The notes: generated by a model from the sequence alone, not told the origin. Counted from the stretch's first letter, positions 1 to 8,193 are shown. The stretch: 37,317 nucleotides of DNA from an uncultured Clostridia bacterium (GCA_947627335.1 CANQVQ010000002.1:1-37317); one strand, 5' to 3'. Numbers and translations are program-made.

Positions 1-696
1 CTTCGCCGCATCGGCGACGGGGCGACCATCGACCGACTGGTCGCGTCGTTCGCGGACAAGCAGTTGTTCATCGCCGACGGACACCACCGCTACGAGACCG
101 CCCTGCGCTACCGCGACGACGTGCTTTCCCGCGGGAATCCCGCCGGACAGGACGTCGATCACATCCTCATGACGCTGGTCGATCTGGCGGACGACGGGCT
201 GGTCGTCCTGCCGACCCATCGGCTCGTCCGCCGGGCGGGAGGCTGCTTTACGGCGGAGGAATTTCCGAACGTCGCGGACGCGGAGCGGGTGCTCGCCGAA
301 AAGATGCGGCAGGGGAAGCACGCCTACGCGCTCTATACCGGCGGGGACGGCTTCACGCTGCTGACCGGCACGTCGGACGCGGACCGGCTGACCGTCGAGG
401 GGCGGAGCGCCGCGTACGCCCGGCTGGACGTGACCGTACTGCACACCCTGCTGCTGGAACGTGCGCTGGGCATCGACCGCGAGAACATGGCGCGTCAGCA
501 GAATCTCCGCTACACCCGTTCCGCCGAGGAAGCGATCGCGTCCGTGCGGAGCGGGCAAAGCACCGCCGCGTTCCTGCTGAACCCGACGCGGATCGAGGAG
601 ATCCGTGCGGTAGCGGAAGCGGGGGACAAAATGCCCCAGAAAAGCACCTATTTCTACCCCAAACTCAAGACCGGGCTGGTCATGAACCGGCTGTAA
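1..696 (+). CDS. DUF1015 family protein, C-terminal part (5' end lies outside the window)
   Basis: Frame 1 is open from nt 1 to the stop at 696. The listed ORF start at 64 is an internal TTG. Motif FIADGHHRYETAL is typical of DUF1015. Confidence 0.8.
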   Translation, partial: LRRIGDGATIDRLVASFADKQLFIADGHHRYETALRYRDDVLSRGNPAGQDVDHILMTLVDLADDGLVVLPTHRLVRRAGGCFTAEEFPNVADAERVLAEKMRQGKHAYALYTGGDGFTLLTGTSDADRLTVEGRSAAYARLDVTVLHTLLLERALGIDRENMARQQNLRYTRSAEEAIASVRSGQSTAAFLLNPTRIEEIRAVAEAGDKMPQKSTYFYPKLKTGLVMNRL

Positions 697-717
697 ACGA
701 AAGGACGGCGCAACGAT

Positions 718-3357
718 ATGGCAAAGCAACTGGAAAAGAAGTACGACCCTTCCGATTTCGAGGAACGGCTGTACGCGGAATGGAACGAAAAAGGGTATTT
801 CCGCCCGGGCAGACCGGGCGCGAAGCCGTTTTCCATCGTCATGCCCCCGCCCAACATCACCGGGCAGCTGCATATGGGTCATGCGCTCGACAATACCCTG
901 CAGGATCTGCTGGTGCGCTATAAGCGTATGTGCGGGTACAACACGCTGTGGGTGCCGGGGACCGACCACGCGTCGATCGCGACGGAGGCGAAAATCGTCG
1001 AAAAGATGCGGGAGGAAGGGCTGACGAAGGAGCAGATCGGTCGGGAAGCGTTCCTCGAACGCGCCTGGGATTGGAACCGGCAGTACGGCGGACGCATCAC
1101 CGAACAGCTCAAGAAGCTCGGTTCGTCCTGCGACTGGTCCCGTCAGCGGTTCACGATGGACGAGGGCTGCTCGGAAGCCGTGCGGGAGGTGTTCGTGCGC
1201 CTGTACCGCAAGGGGCTGATCTACCGCGGGAACCGCATCATCAACTGGTGTCCGCACTGCCTGACCTCCATTTCCGACGCGGAGGTGGAGTACGAGGAGC
1301 AGGCGGGGCATTTCTGGCATCTGCGCTACCCGGTCAAGGGCAGCGACGGCGAATATATCTACCTCGCGACCACCCGTCCGGAGACGCTTTTGGGCGATAC
1401 GGCGGTCGCGGTCAACCCGAAGGACGAGCGGTACCGCCATCTGGTCGGCAAGACGCTCATTCTGCCGTTGGTCGGGCGGGAGATCCCGGTCGTCGCCGAC
1501 GAGTACGTCGAGATGGACTTCGGGACGGGCGCCGTGAAGATCACCCCGGCGCACGACCCGAACGACTTCGAGGTCGGTCTGCGGCATGATCTGGAGGTCA
1601 TCAACGTCCTCACGCCGGACGCCCGCATCACCGACGACTACCCCGCCTACGCCGGAATGGACCGCTACGAAGCGCGCAAGGCGATCGTGCGGGACCTTGA
1701 CGCGGGCGGTTACCTCGTGCGGGTGGAGAACTACTCCCACAACGTCGGGACCTGCTACCGCTGCGGCACGACCATCGAGCCACGCGTGTCCCTGCAATGG
1801 TTCGTTCGGATGGGGACCCTCGCGGAACCAGCGATCCAAGCGGTCAAGGACGGGGACATTCGCTTCATCCCCGACCGCTTCTCGAAAAACTACCTGCACT
1901 GGATGGAGAACCTCCGCGACTGGTGCATCTCCCGACAGCTCTGGTGGGGGCACCGCATTCCGGCGTTCTACTGCGACGACTGCGGGGAACTGACCGTCAC
2001 CGCCGAACCGCAGGCAATCTGCCCGAAGTGCGGCAAGCCCATGCGGCAGGACCCGGATACGCTGGACACCTGGTTCTCGTCCGCGCTCTGGCCGTTTTCG
2101 ACGCTCGGCTGGCCGAAGCAGACGGAGGACCTGGAAACCTTTTACCCGACCTCCACGCTCGTGACCGGGTACGACATCATCACGTTCTGGGTCTCCCGCA
2201 TGATCTTCTCCGGTTTGGAGCATACCGGGAAAAAGCCGTTCTCCGACGTGCTGGTGCACGGGCTGGTGCGGGACGCGCAGGGGCGGAAGATGTCCAAATC
2301 GCTCGGCAACGGCATCGACCCGCTGGAGCTGATCCGCACCTACGGGTGCGACGCGCTCCGCTTCGCGCTGGTCAGCGGGAACAGCCCCGGAAACGATATG
2401 CGGGCGTCCGAGGAGAAGTTTGAAGCCGCACGGAACTTCGCGAACAAGATCTGGAACGCGGCACGCTTCGTGCTCATGAACCTCGACGGCGAAGACCCGG
2501 TCGCCTTCGGCGATCTGCCGCTCGCGGACCTGCCGGACGAGGACAAGTGGATCCTTTCGCAGTACAACCGCACGGTCGGCGAAGTGCGGGAGAACCTCGA
2601 TCGGTACGAGCTGGGCGTGGCGCTCGGCAAGCTGTACGACTTCATCTGGGACGTGTTCTGCGACTGGTATATCGAGCTGGTCAAGGCGCGCCTGTCCGAA
2701 AAAGGCACTGAAAGCAACCGCACGGCGCAGAAGGTGCTGATCTATGTGCTTTCCAACACGATGGCGCTCCTGCACCCGTTCATGCCGTTCATCACCGAGG
2801 AGATCTGGCGCACCCTGCCGCACGAAGGGGATTCCGTCATGGTGTCGGATTACCCCGTCTGCCGCCCGGAGCTGGACTTCCCGCGTGAGGAAGCGTCCAT
2901 GCGGAAGGTCATCGACGCGGTCCGCGCCGTGCGCAACCTGCGCAGCGAGATGAACGTTTCGCATTCCCGCCGTGCCCATCTGCACATCGTCGCGTCCGAT
3001 CCGTCCGCGTTCCGCGGCAAGGAGAAGTTCTTCGAGCGCCTGGCGTTCGCGTCGGGCGTGGAGGTCGGGAGCGAAGCGGCGAACGCCGACGGGTCCGTCC
3101 GCGCCATCACCGACGACTGCGAGATCCTCATTCCGCTCGCCGACATGATCGACCGCGAGGAGGAACTCGCCCGTCTGCGCAAAGAGCTCGCGTCGGCGGA
3201 AGGGGAGCTGACCCGTGCGCAGAGCAAGCTGGCGAACGCCGATTTCGTCGCCAAGGCGCCGCAAAAGCTGGTCGACGGGGAACGCGCCAAGGCGGAAAAC
3301 GCTTCCGCCAAGCTCGAAAAGCTCCGCGCCGCGATCGCGCAGCTGGAAAATCTGTAA
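718..3357 (+). CDS. valS: valine--tRNA ligase
   Basis: 879 aa. HIGH-type motif (PNITGQLHMGHAL), KMSKS motif, C-terminal coiled coil typical of ValRS. RBS GAAAGGA lies upstream of the ATG. Confidence 0.97.
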   Translation: MAKQLEKKYDPSDFEERLYAEWNEKGYFRPGRPGAKPFSIVMPPPNITGQLHMGHALDNTLQDLLVRYKRMCGYNTLWVPGTDHASIATEAKIVEKMREEGLTKEQIGREAFLERAWDWNRQYGGRITEQLKKLGSSCDWSRQRFTMDEGCSEAVREVFVRLYRKGLIYRGNRIINWCPHCLTSISDAEVEYEEQAGHFWHLRYPVKGSDGEYIYLATTRPETLLGDTAVAVNPKDERYRHLVGKTLILPLVGREIPVVADEYVEMDFGTGAVKITPAHDPNDFEVGLRHDLEVINVLTPDARITDDYPAYAGMDRYEARKAIVRDLDAGGYLVRVENYSHNVGTCYRCGTTIEPRVSLQWFVRMGTLAEPAIQAVKDGDIRFIPDRFSKNYLHWMENLRDWCISRQLWWGHRIPAFYCDDCGELTVTAEPQAICPKCGKPMRQDPDTLDTWFSSALWPFSTLGWPKQTEDLETFYPTSTLVTGYDIITFWVSRMIFSGLEHTGKKPFSDVLVHGLVRDAQGRKMSKSLGNGIDPLELIRTYGCDALRFALVSGNSPGNDMRASEEKFEAARNFANKIWNAARFVLMNLDGEDPVAFGDLPLADLPDEDKWILSQYNRTVGEVRENLDRYELGVALGKLYDFIWDVFCDWYIELVKARLSEKGTESNRTAQKVLIYVLSNTMALLHPFMPFITEEIWRTLPHEGDSVMVSDYPVCRPELDFPREEASMRKVIDAVRAVRNLRSEMNVSHSRRAHLHIVASDPSAFRGKEKFFERLAFASGVEVGSEAANADGSVRAITDDCEILIPLADMIDREEELARLRKELASAEGELTRAQSKLANADFVAKAPQKLVDGERAKAENASAKLEKLRAAIAQLENL

Positions 3358-3380
3358 AACCCGAAAGGAAGAACGAAAAA

Positions 3381-4199
3381 ATGGCAGAATGTACGCACGA
3401 TTGCTCCGCCTGCGGCGAGGAATGCGCCTCCCGGCAGGAAGCGGGCAGTATGCTGGAAAAGCCGCACGAGCAATCCGACATCCGCAAGGTCATCGGCGTG
3501 GTGTCCGGCAAAGGCGGGGTCGGGAAATCCATGGTGACTTCCCTGCTTTCCGTGCTGGCAAACCGCGCAGGGCTGAAAACCTCCATCCTCGACGCGGACG
3601 TCACGGGTCCGTCGATCCCGCGTTCCTTTGGACTGCGCGGACAGGCGACCGCCGACGAGGTCGGCATCTATCCGCTCCTGACGAAAACCGGCATTCGCGT
3701 CATGTCGGTCAACCTGCTGCTGCAGAACGAGACGGACCCGGTCGTCTGGCGCGGTCCGGTCATCGCCGGGTGCGTCAAGCAGTTCTGGACGGACGTGATC
3801 TGGGGACCGACGGACGTGATGTTCATCGATATGCCCCCGGGGACCGGCGACGTGCCGCTGACCGTGTTCCAGTCCGTCCCGCTCGACGGGATCCTGATCG
3901 TCACGTCGCCGCAGGAACTGGTCTCCATGGTCGTCGAAAAGGCGGTCAATATGGCGAAGCTGATGAACATCCCGGTTCTGGGGCTGGTGGAGAACTTTTC
4001 CTACTTCGTCTGCCCCGATTGCGGCGGCAGGCACGAGATCTTCGGCGAAAGCCGCGCCGAGGAAACGGCGAAACGGCTGGGGATTCCGGCGGTCGCACGG
4101 ATGCCGATCGACCCGAAGCTGGCGGCCGCCTGCGACGCGGGCACGGTCGAACTGTTTGAAGGGGATTGGCTCAACGGTCTGTTCGAGACGCTGCTCTGA
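3381..4199 (+). CDS. Mrp/NBP35 family ATP-binding Fe-S cluster carrier protein
   Basis: 272 aa. P-loop GKGGVGKS, CPDCG motif, N-terminal Cys-rich stretch CTHDCSACGEEC. Confidence 0.9.
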   Translation: MAECTHDCSACGEECASRQEAGSMLEKPHEQSDIRKVIGVVSGKGGVGKSMVTSLLSVLANRAGLKTSILDADVTGPSIPRSFGLRGQATADEVGIYPLLTKTGIRVMSVNLLLQNETDPVVWRGPVIAGCVKQFWTDVIWGPTDVMFIDMPPGTGDVPLTVFQSVPLDGILIVTSPQELVSMVVEKAVNMAKLMNIPVLGLVENFSYFVCPDCGGRHEIFGESRAEETAKRLGIPAVARMPIDPKLAAACDAGTVELFEGDWLNGLFETLL

Positions 4200-4211
4200 C
4201 AAACCCGAAAC

Positions 4212-4252
4212 AAAAAAACGGTATGGCAAACGCGAAGCCATACCGTTTTTTT
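4212..4252. terminator. bidirectional intrinsic terminator between the Mrp gene (+) and the lipoprotein gene (-)
   Basis: A-tract, stem CGGTATGGC / GCCATACCG with a 9-nt loop, then a T7 tract. Confidence 0.8.
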
Positions 4253-4265
4253 GTATGTTTTTTCG

Positions 4266-4823
4266 TCAATTGAACGCGAACGTGGACAGGACCGTCTCGT
4301 AGCAGCCGACCGTGTCGTCGTAACCTTCCTCCGGCACCGTGAACGTCACGAGGAACGCCGTGCCGTACCGCACGCAGACCGTCTGCTCGAATCGGTAGAG
4401 CAGGTCGTCCTCGGTAAGCTGCAGCGTGTAGCGGTTGCGGCAGGCGGGCGTGCCGCCGAGCTTCATCTCTTCCTTTTCGGAGGTGAATTGGATCCGGTCG
4501 CCGTAAACGTCGGTCAGGTCGGAACGGTAGTCGTCCCAATAGTTGTTCGCACCCTGGTCGCTGTCGGAGAGCGTGAACGCCATGACCGAGATGCTCGCGT
4601 AAGCGACCGCTTTGTCGCCCGCGATGTTGCGCTTGATACCGGTCATGCCGTCGCTGCGATCGACCTCCCACCCCTCGGCATAGGAAAACGAATAGTCCTC
4701 GCCTTCAAACAGCACGCCCCCATCGGGCGCGTCCCCCTCCGACCGCCCGGACGAGCAGGCGCAAAGCAGCAGGGCGGCGAGCAGCGGGAACAGCGAAAGA
4801 CGGAGAAAACGGTTTTTTTTCAT
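4266..4823 (-). CDS. hypothetical lipoprotein (possible PsbP/DcrB-like fold; low-confidence guess)
   Basis: 185 aa. Signal peptide with lipobox LLLCAC. RBS AAAGGAAG. Normal amino-acid composition, unlike the shadow ORFs. Confidence 0.7.
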   Translation of the reverse strand: MKKNRFLRLSLFPLLAALLLCACSSGRSEGDAPDGGVLFEGEDYSFSYAEGWEVDRSDGMTGIKRNIAGDKAVAYASISVMAFTLSDSDQGANNYWDDYRSDLTDVYGDRIQFTSEKEEMKLGGTPACRNRYTLQLTEDDLLYRFEQTVCVRYGTAFLVTFTVPEEGYDDTVGCYETVLSTFAFN

Positions 4824-4855
4824 GAGAAACTTCCTTTCTGCGCTTCGTCCGCAGC

Positions 4856-5233
4856 TTACGGGACCGTGTAAACGGTGCTTTTCCCGCAGACCAGCTTGCG
4901 CGTGCCTTCCGGCAGCTCGATTTTGAAATTCGCGTCGTCAAGCCCGGGCGTCTCCGCGAGGTCGGGCTGCTTCCCGCCGCGGAAGGTCAGGGCGATCTGC
5001 CCGTTCCCGTCGTCGTCGGCGAAGAATTTGTAGACGTATTCGCCCGTGACGTTGGAACGGACGCGGAAATACAGCCACCCATCGACGAGCGAGAAATTAT
5101 CGAAGGTCAGTTCGCTGTACTCATATGTGTAGGACCAGTGGTACGCCACGACCCCCGCCGTCAGCGCGACGGCGAACGCGAGCAGCAGAGAAACGCAGAC
5201 GAGCAGCAATCGGTTCGGCAACGATCGGTTCAT
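4856..5233 (-). CDS. hypothetical membrane-anchored protein
   Basis: 125 aa with one N-terminal TM helix. AAAGGAG lies 12 nt upstream of the ATG. Tandem with the lipoprotein gene and preceded by a good promoter. Confidence 0.6.
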   Translation of the reverse strand: MNRSLPNRLLLVCVSLLLAFAVALTAGVVAYHWSYTYEYSELTFDNFSLVDGWLYFRVRSNVTGEYVYKFFADDDGNGQIALTFRGGKQPDLAETPGLDDANFKIELPEGTRKLVCGKSTVYTVP

Positions 5234-5265
5234 GGAGAAGATGCGCTCCTTTCGGATTTTCTTCC

Positions 5266-5294
5266 ATTATACACTTCTTTTTGCAAAAAGGCAA
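5266..5294 (-). promoter_or_regulatory. sigma-A type promoter for the 4856-5233/4266-4823 gene pair
   Basis: On the minus strand: TTGCCT, 17 nt, TATAAT. Confidence 0.5.
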
Positions 5295-5359
5295 GGGGAA
5301 AACGTAAAAAAGACGCAAAATCAGTGCGTTTTGTCCCGCAATTTTGGTCAGGTCTGCTC

Positions 5360-5388
5360 TTGACAAGTTTCCCGAAAGCGGGTATACT
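5360..5388 (+). promoter_or_regulatory. sigma-A type promoter for homoserine dehydrogenase
   Basis: TTGACA (5360-5365), 17 nt, TATACT (5383-5388). Confidence 0.6.
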
Positions 5389-5417
5389 AAGAAAAATGGA
5401 CAGACAGGAGCAAAAAG

Positions 5418-6461
5418 ATGAAGGCAATTGCGATCCTCGGCTTCGGCACGGTCGGAAGCGGCGTCTATGAGGTGCTGAAAAAAGCGGAGGATATTCGGAT
5501 CCAATACGTCGTCGATCTGCGGGAATTCCCCGGGCATCCGCTCGCGGACCGGGTCACGTCGGACTATGAAAAGGTGCTTGCGGACGAGCGCGTCGAGGTC
5601 GTCGTGGAAACCATGGGCGGCGTGAAGATCGCCTACGACTATACCAAGCGGGCTCTGCTCGCCGGCAAGAGCGTCGTGACGTCGAACAAGGCGGTCGTGG
5701 ACGCCTGCGGGGAGGAACTCGAAGCCATCGCACGGGAGAAGGGCGTTTCCTACCTGTACGAAGCGAGCGTGGGCGGGGGGATCCCGATCCTGCGTCCGCT
5801 GCGGGACTGCTTTGCCGCCGACCGCATCCTGAAGATCTCCGGCATCCTCAACGGCACGACCAACTATATCCTGACCCGCATGGCGGAATCCGGCTGCTCG
5901 ATGGAGGAAGCGCTCGCCGAAGCGCAGGCGCTCGGCTACGCCGAACAGGACCCGACGGCGGACGTCGAAGGGCACGACGCCGCCCGGAAGATCTGCATCC
6001 TCGCGGGGCTGGCGTTCGGGCGGTATATCCCGTATACCGAGGTGAAGTGCCTGCAGGGCATCCGCGACGTGACCGTCGAGGACGTGCGGCTCGCGGCGGA
6101 ACGCGGGTGCGTCATCCGCCTGCTCGGCACGGCGGAACGGGTGGAGGTCGACGGGAAGGAACACCTCCGGCTGGCGGTCGCCCCGTATCTGGTGCCGGAG
6201 GACAGCCTGCTGCACGCCGTGCGCGGAGCGTTCAACGCCATCTCGGTCATTGGCGAATCGGTCGGGGAAGTGCTGTTCTACGGGCAGGGAGCGGGGTCTT
6301 TGCCGACCGCGTCCGCCGTCGCGAGCGACGTGCTCGAAGCGTTGGCGCGTAAGCCGATCCCCGCCGTGCGGAACCATTTGGAAGCGGGGTACGTCCTGCC
6401 CGACTGCACGACCCACCGCACCGCCGTCCTGCCGAACGGAAAGACCTATTTCGCACTGTAA
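5418..6461 (+). CDS. hom: homoserine dehydrogenase (short form, no C-terminal ACT domain apparent)
   Basis: 347 aa. N-terminal Rossmann motif ILGFGTVGSG, catalytic-domain motif EASVGGGIPI, RBS AGGAG. Confidence 0.88.
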   Translation: MKAIAILGFGTVGSGVYEVLKKAEDIRIQYVVDLREFPGHPLADRVTSDYEKVLADERVEVVVETMGGVKIAYDYTKRALLAGKSVVTSNKAVVDACGEELEAIAREKGVSYLYEASVGGGIPILRPLRDCFAADRILKISGILNGTTNYILTRMAESGCSMEEALAEAQALGYAEQDPTADVEGHDAARKICILAGLAFGRYIPYTEVKCLQGIRDVTVEDVRLAAERGCVIRLLGTAERVEVDGKEHLRLAVAPYLVPEDSLLHAVRGAFNAISVIGESVGEVLFYGQGAGSLPTASAVASDVLEALARKPIPAVRNHLEAGYVLPDCTTHRTAVLPNGKTYFAL

Positions 6462-6499
6462 CGTTTCGCGGGACGACGCTTTCCCGGAAACTGGATCAT

Positions 6500-6546
6500 A
6501 ACGCCTCGGGCGGGGACAGGCTCGCCGGGGGCGTTTTCCGTTTTTC
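6500..6546 (+). terminator. probable intrinsic terminator downstream of hom
   Basis: Imperfect GC-rich hairpin (AACGCC...GGCGTT outer pairs) followed by TTTTCCGTTTTT. Confidence 0.4.
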
Positions 6547-6632
6547 CGCCGGAGGACCTCGCGACCCCTGCTCCGGGTGCCGGGGCGGGGACGGCGAATC
6601 CGCTTTTGCCCGCAAAAAATTCAAAAAACCTC

Positions 6633-6661
6633 TTGACAAGAAGCGAAAAGTATGGTATACT
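6633..6661 (+). promoter_or_regulatory. sigma-A type promoter for the tRNA-Thr/tRNA-Tyr pair
   Basis: TTGACA (6633-6638), 17 nt, TATACT (6656-6661), about 40 nt upstream of the first tRNA. Confidence 0.65.
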
Positions 6662-6702
6662 GTCCTACGCTGACGGAACGCAAACGGTTCCTTGCGTAAC
6701 TT

Positions 6703-6777
6703 GCTGGTGTGGCTCAATGGCAGAGCAGCTGATTTGTAATCAGCAGGTTGGGGGTTCGACTCCCTTCACCAGCTCCA
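6703..6777 (+). tRNA. tRNA-Thr (anticodon UGU), CCA encoded
   Basis: Hand-folded cloverleaf. Acceptor GCTGGTG/CACCAGC, D stem GCTC/GAGC, anticodon stem GCTGA/TCAGC with loop TTTGTAA, T-loop TTCGACT, 3' TCCA. Confidence 0.9.
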
Positions 6778-6783
6778 AAATAT

Positions 6784-6868
6784 GGGAGAATTCCCGAGTG
6801 GCCAAAGGGGACAGACTGTAAATCTGCTGGCATCGCCTTCGGTGGTTCGAATCCACCTTCTCCCACCA
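6784..6868 (+). tRNA. tRNA-Tyr (anticodon GUA), long variable arm, CCA encoded
   Basis: Acceptor GGGAGAA/TTCTCCC, anticodon loop CTGTAAA, variable arm GGC-ATC-GCC, T arm GGTGG-TTCGAAT-CCACC, 3' ACCA. Confidence 0.9.
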
Positions 6869-6871
6869 AAA

Positions 6872-6901
6872 ATCGGCAAGACATCCGTCTTGCCGATTTT
6901 T
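6872..6901 (+). terminator. intrinsic terminator after the tRNA pair
   Basis: 11-bp perfect stem ATCGGCAAGAC / GTCTTGCCGAT, loop ATCC, then a T5 tract. Confidence 0.85.
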
Positions 6902-6936
6902 CACTCTTCACTTTTCACTCTTCACTCTTCACTCAT
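6902..6936. repeat. five tandem heptamers CACTCTT (variants CACTTTT, CACTCAT)
   Basis: Read directly: cactctt cactttt cactctt cactctt cactcat. Two further TTTTCAC motifs at 6947-6953 and 6963-6969. Confidence 0.8.
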
Positions 6937-7010
6937 AACTTCCCGCTTTTCACTGCGTCGCGTTTTCACCGCAGAAGTCATACGGCAAATCCCTCCGCAC
7001 CTGTTCAAAA

Positions 7011-7041
7011 AAGCACGGGCTTTAGCCCGTGCTTATTTTTT
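7011..7041. terminator. bidirectional intrinsic terminator
   Basis: A6 tract, stem AAGCACGGGC / GCCCGTGCTT, loop TTTA, then ATTTTTT. The stop codon of the XRE-like ORF (7033-7035, minus) lies in the right arm. Confidence 0.75.
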
Positions 7042-7227
7042 GAAATTCCCACAGTACCGCAACGGTTTCGGCGTGTCCGTCAACCCGATTAAATAATCCG
7101 AAGAAAGATCATAGAATTCACAAAGCCGTACCAAATCTTCGATTTTCAGCTCTGCACGTCCGGTCTCTATATGGTTATACCCTTGCTGGGATTTGTTAAG
7201 CAACTTGCCAATTTTGAGTATTGACAT
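7033..7227 (-). CDS. short XRE/HTH_3-like protein, apparently lacking the first helix (possible remnant)
   Basis: 64 aa. KIGKLLNKSQQGYNHIETGRAELKIEDLVRLCEFYDLSSDYLIGLTD aligns with helices 2-5 of XRE/Cro-type HTH domains. An in-frame TAA sits immediately upstream of the ATG. No convincing RBS. Low-GC context. Confidence 0.55.
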   Translation of the reverse strand: MSILKIGKLLNKSQQGYNHIETGRAELKIEDLVRLCEFYDLSSDYLIGLTDTPKPLRYCGNFKK

Positions 7228-7249
7228 TTACTCAATGATTGAGTACAAT
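7214..7249 (+). promoter_or_regulatory. promoter of the zinc-ribbon gene with an embedded palindromic operator
   Basis: TTGACA (7221-7226), 17 nt, TACAAT (7244-7249). The perfect palindrome TACTCAAT-G-ATTGAGTA (7229-7245) fills the spacer. A third half-site TTGAGTA lies at 7214-7220. Confidence 0.55.
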
Positions 7250-7296
7250 GGTATTGTCGGTTTTCGGCGAATCATTTTTCGGGAGGTAGAAAGGGC

Positions 7297-7815
7297 ATGA
7301 AATATTGTACACATTGCGGGAAAGAACTGTCGGACGATGCGATGTTTTGTACCAGATGCGGCAGCGCAGTGCATGGGCAGAACTACAAAACGAATACGCA
7401 TATGTCGGCGAACGAAACGGCTCTGTTAAATATGTTGGCGCAAAGACTGCTCGTAATGGGTATTATTTGGTTTATCATCGGAGGACTGCAATTTCTGTGT
7501 GGTTATTTATTCCGCGAGTGGCGTTATACCTATTGGTGGTTTTTGCTGATTGTCGGCGGCACGAATATCCTTGCGGGCGCCCAGGATATACTATACGGTA
7601 AGGCTCTCCTGGCAGGGCAGCGCGGAATCATCAGGAAACTCAAATCTGTAATTCCCTTTGTCACAGATTTGGTTTTTTGCATTGTCATCGGAGGATTCGG
7701 TTTTATCATTAGCGCAGTAATAGGTGCTGCAGGTTCTATCTGCTCTTTTGTCCTCATAAGAGGATACATCATGAAAAACGGAGCGTTTTTTGAAAGATTG
7801 GATACGGAAATTTGA
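7297..7815 (+). CDS. zinc-ribbon domain membrane protein (3-4 predicted TM helices), function unknown
   Basis: 172 aa. N-terminal CTHCG...CTRCG zinc ribbon followed by hydrophobic helices. RBS GGGAGG. Low-GC gene. Confidence 0.75.
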   Translation: MKYCTHCGKELSDDAMFCTRCGSAVHGQNYKTNTHMSANETALLNMLAQRLLVMGIIWFIIGGLQFLCGYLFREWRYTYWWFLLIVGGTNILAGAQDILYGKALLAGQRGIIRKLKSVIPFVTDLVFCIVIGGFGFIISAVIGAAGSICSFVLIRGYIMKNGAFFERLDTEI

Positions 7816-7853
7816 TAAGAAAAAAGCAACGCCTTTGCAGCATTACCCTCACG

Positions 7854-7906
7854 CAAAAAAATCCCCCGCCATGGCGAATTTCGTCACCGGCGGGGGAGCG
7901 TTTTTT
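7854..7906. terminator. probable bidirectional terminator between convergent genes
   Basis: A7 tract, stem CCCCCGCC / GGCGGGGG with an 18-nt loop, then AGCGTTTTTT. Confidence 0.55.
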
Positions 7907-7908
7907 CT

Positions 7909-8160
7909 TCAAGCGGCGGGCAGGAAGGACGCGACCGCGTTCTCGTCGATCGGTCCGAGGTAGGTTTCCCAGTACAGCGGCGAAGAGCTTTCGCCGCAGG
8001 ATGGGAAGCACTGCCGCAGGATATAGCTGTAAAAACGGGCTTTTTCAAGCAGATGCGGCGCCTTGAGCGGCTCGGGCAGTTTGCCGTCGAGCGGACCGAA
8101 CAGGTTCTCCATGATCCGCGCACGGTCCTCGGTCGGGAACGTGCGGGAATACGCGTCCAC
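7909..8160 (-). CDS. C-terminal fragment, in frame with the upstream lipoprotein ORF across a TAG (see findings)
   Basis: The 83-aa ORF is in the same frame as 8194..9984 ((9984-8160) is divisible by 3). The 11 codons between the TAG and the listed start are also open. Protein-like composition (DAYSRTFPTEDRARIMENLF...). Confidence 0.55.
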   Translation of the reverse strand: MDAYSRTFPTEDRARIMENLFGPLDGKLPEPLKAPHLLEKARFYSYILRQCFPSCGESSSPLYWETYLGPIDENAVASFLPAA

Positions 8161-8193
8161 GAACCAGACGCGGGACTGCGAGGATTCGTCGGT

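Noticed and set aside
654-860. Numerous 60-110 aa ORFs overlapping the ends of annotated genes or tRNAs (e.g. 654..860, 6714..6911, 6748..7092, 6782..7096, 7530..7856, 7769..8011).
   Set aside because: They overlap tRNA genes, terminators or well-supported CDSs, lack RBSs, and have no recognisable motifs.
6703-7908. Calling the tRNA-adjacent low-GC islet a bona fide mobile element or genomic island.
   Set aside because: There is no integrase, recombinase or transposase. I could find no direct repeat of the tRNA-Tyr 3' end at the right boundary. The compositional anomaly is reported, but a mobile_element feature is not supportable.
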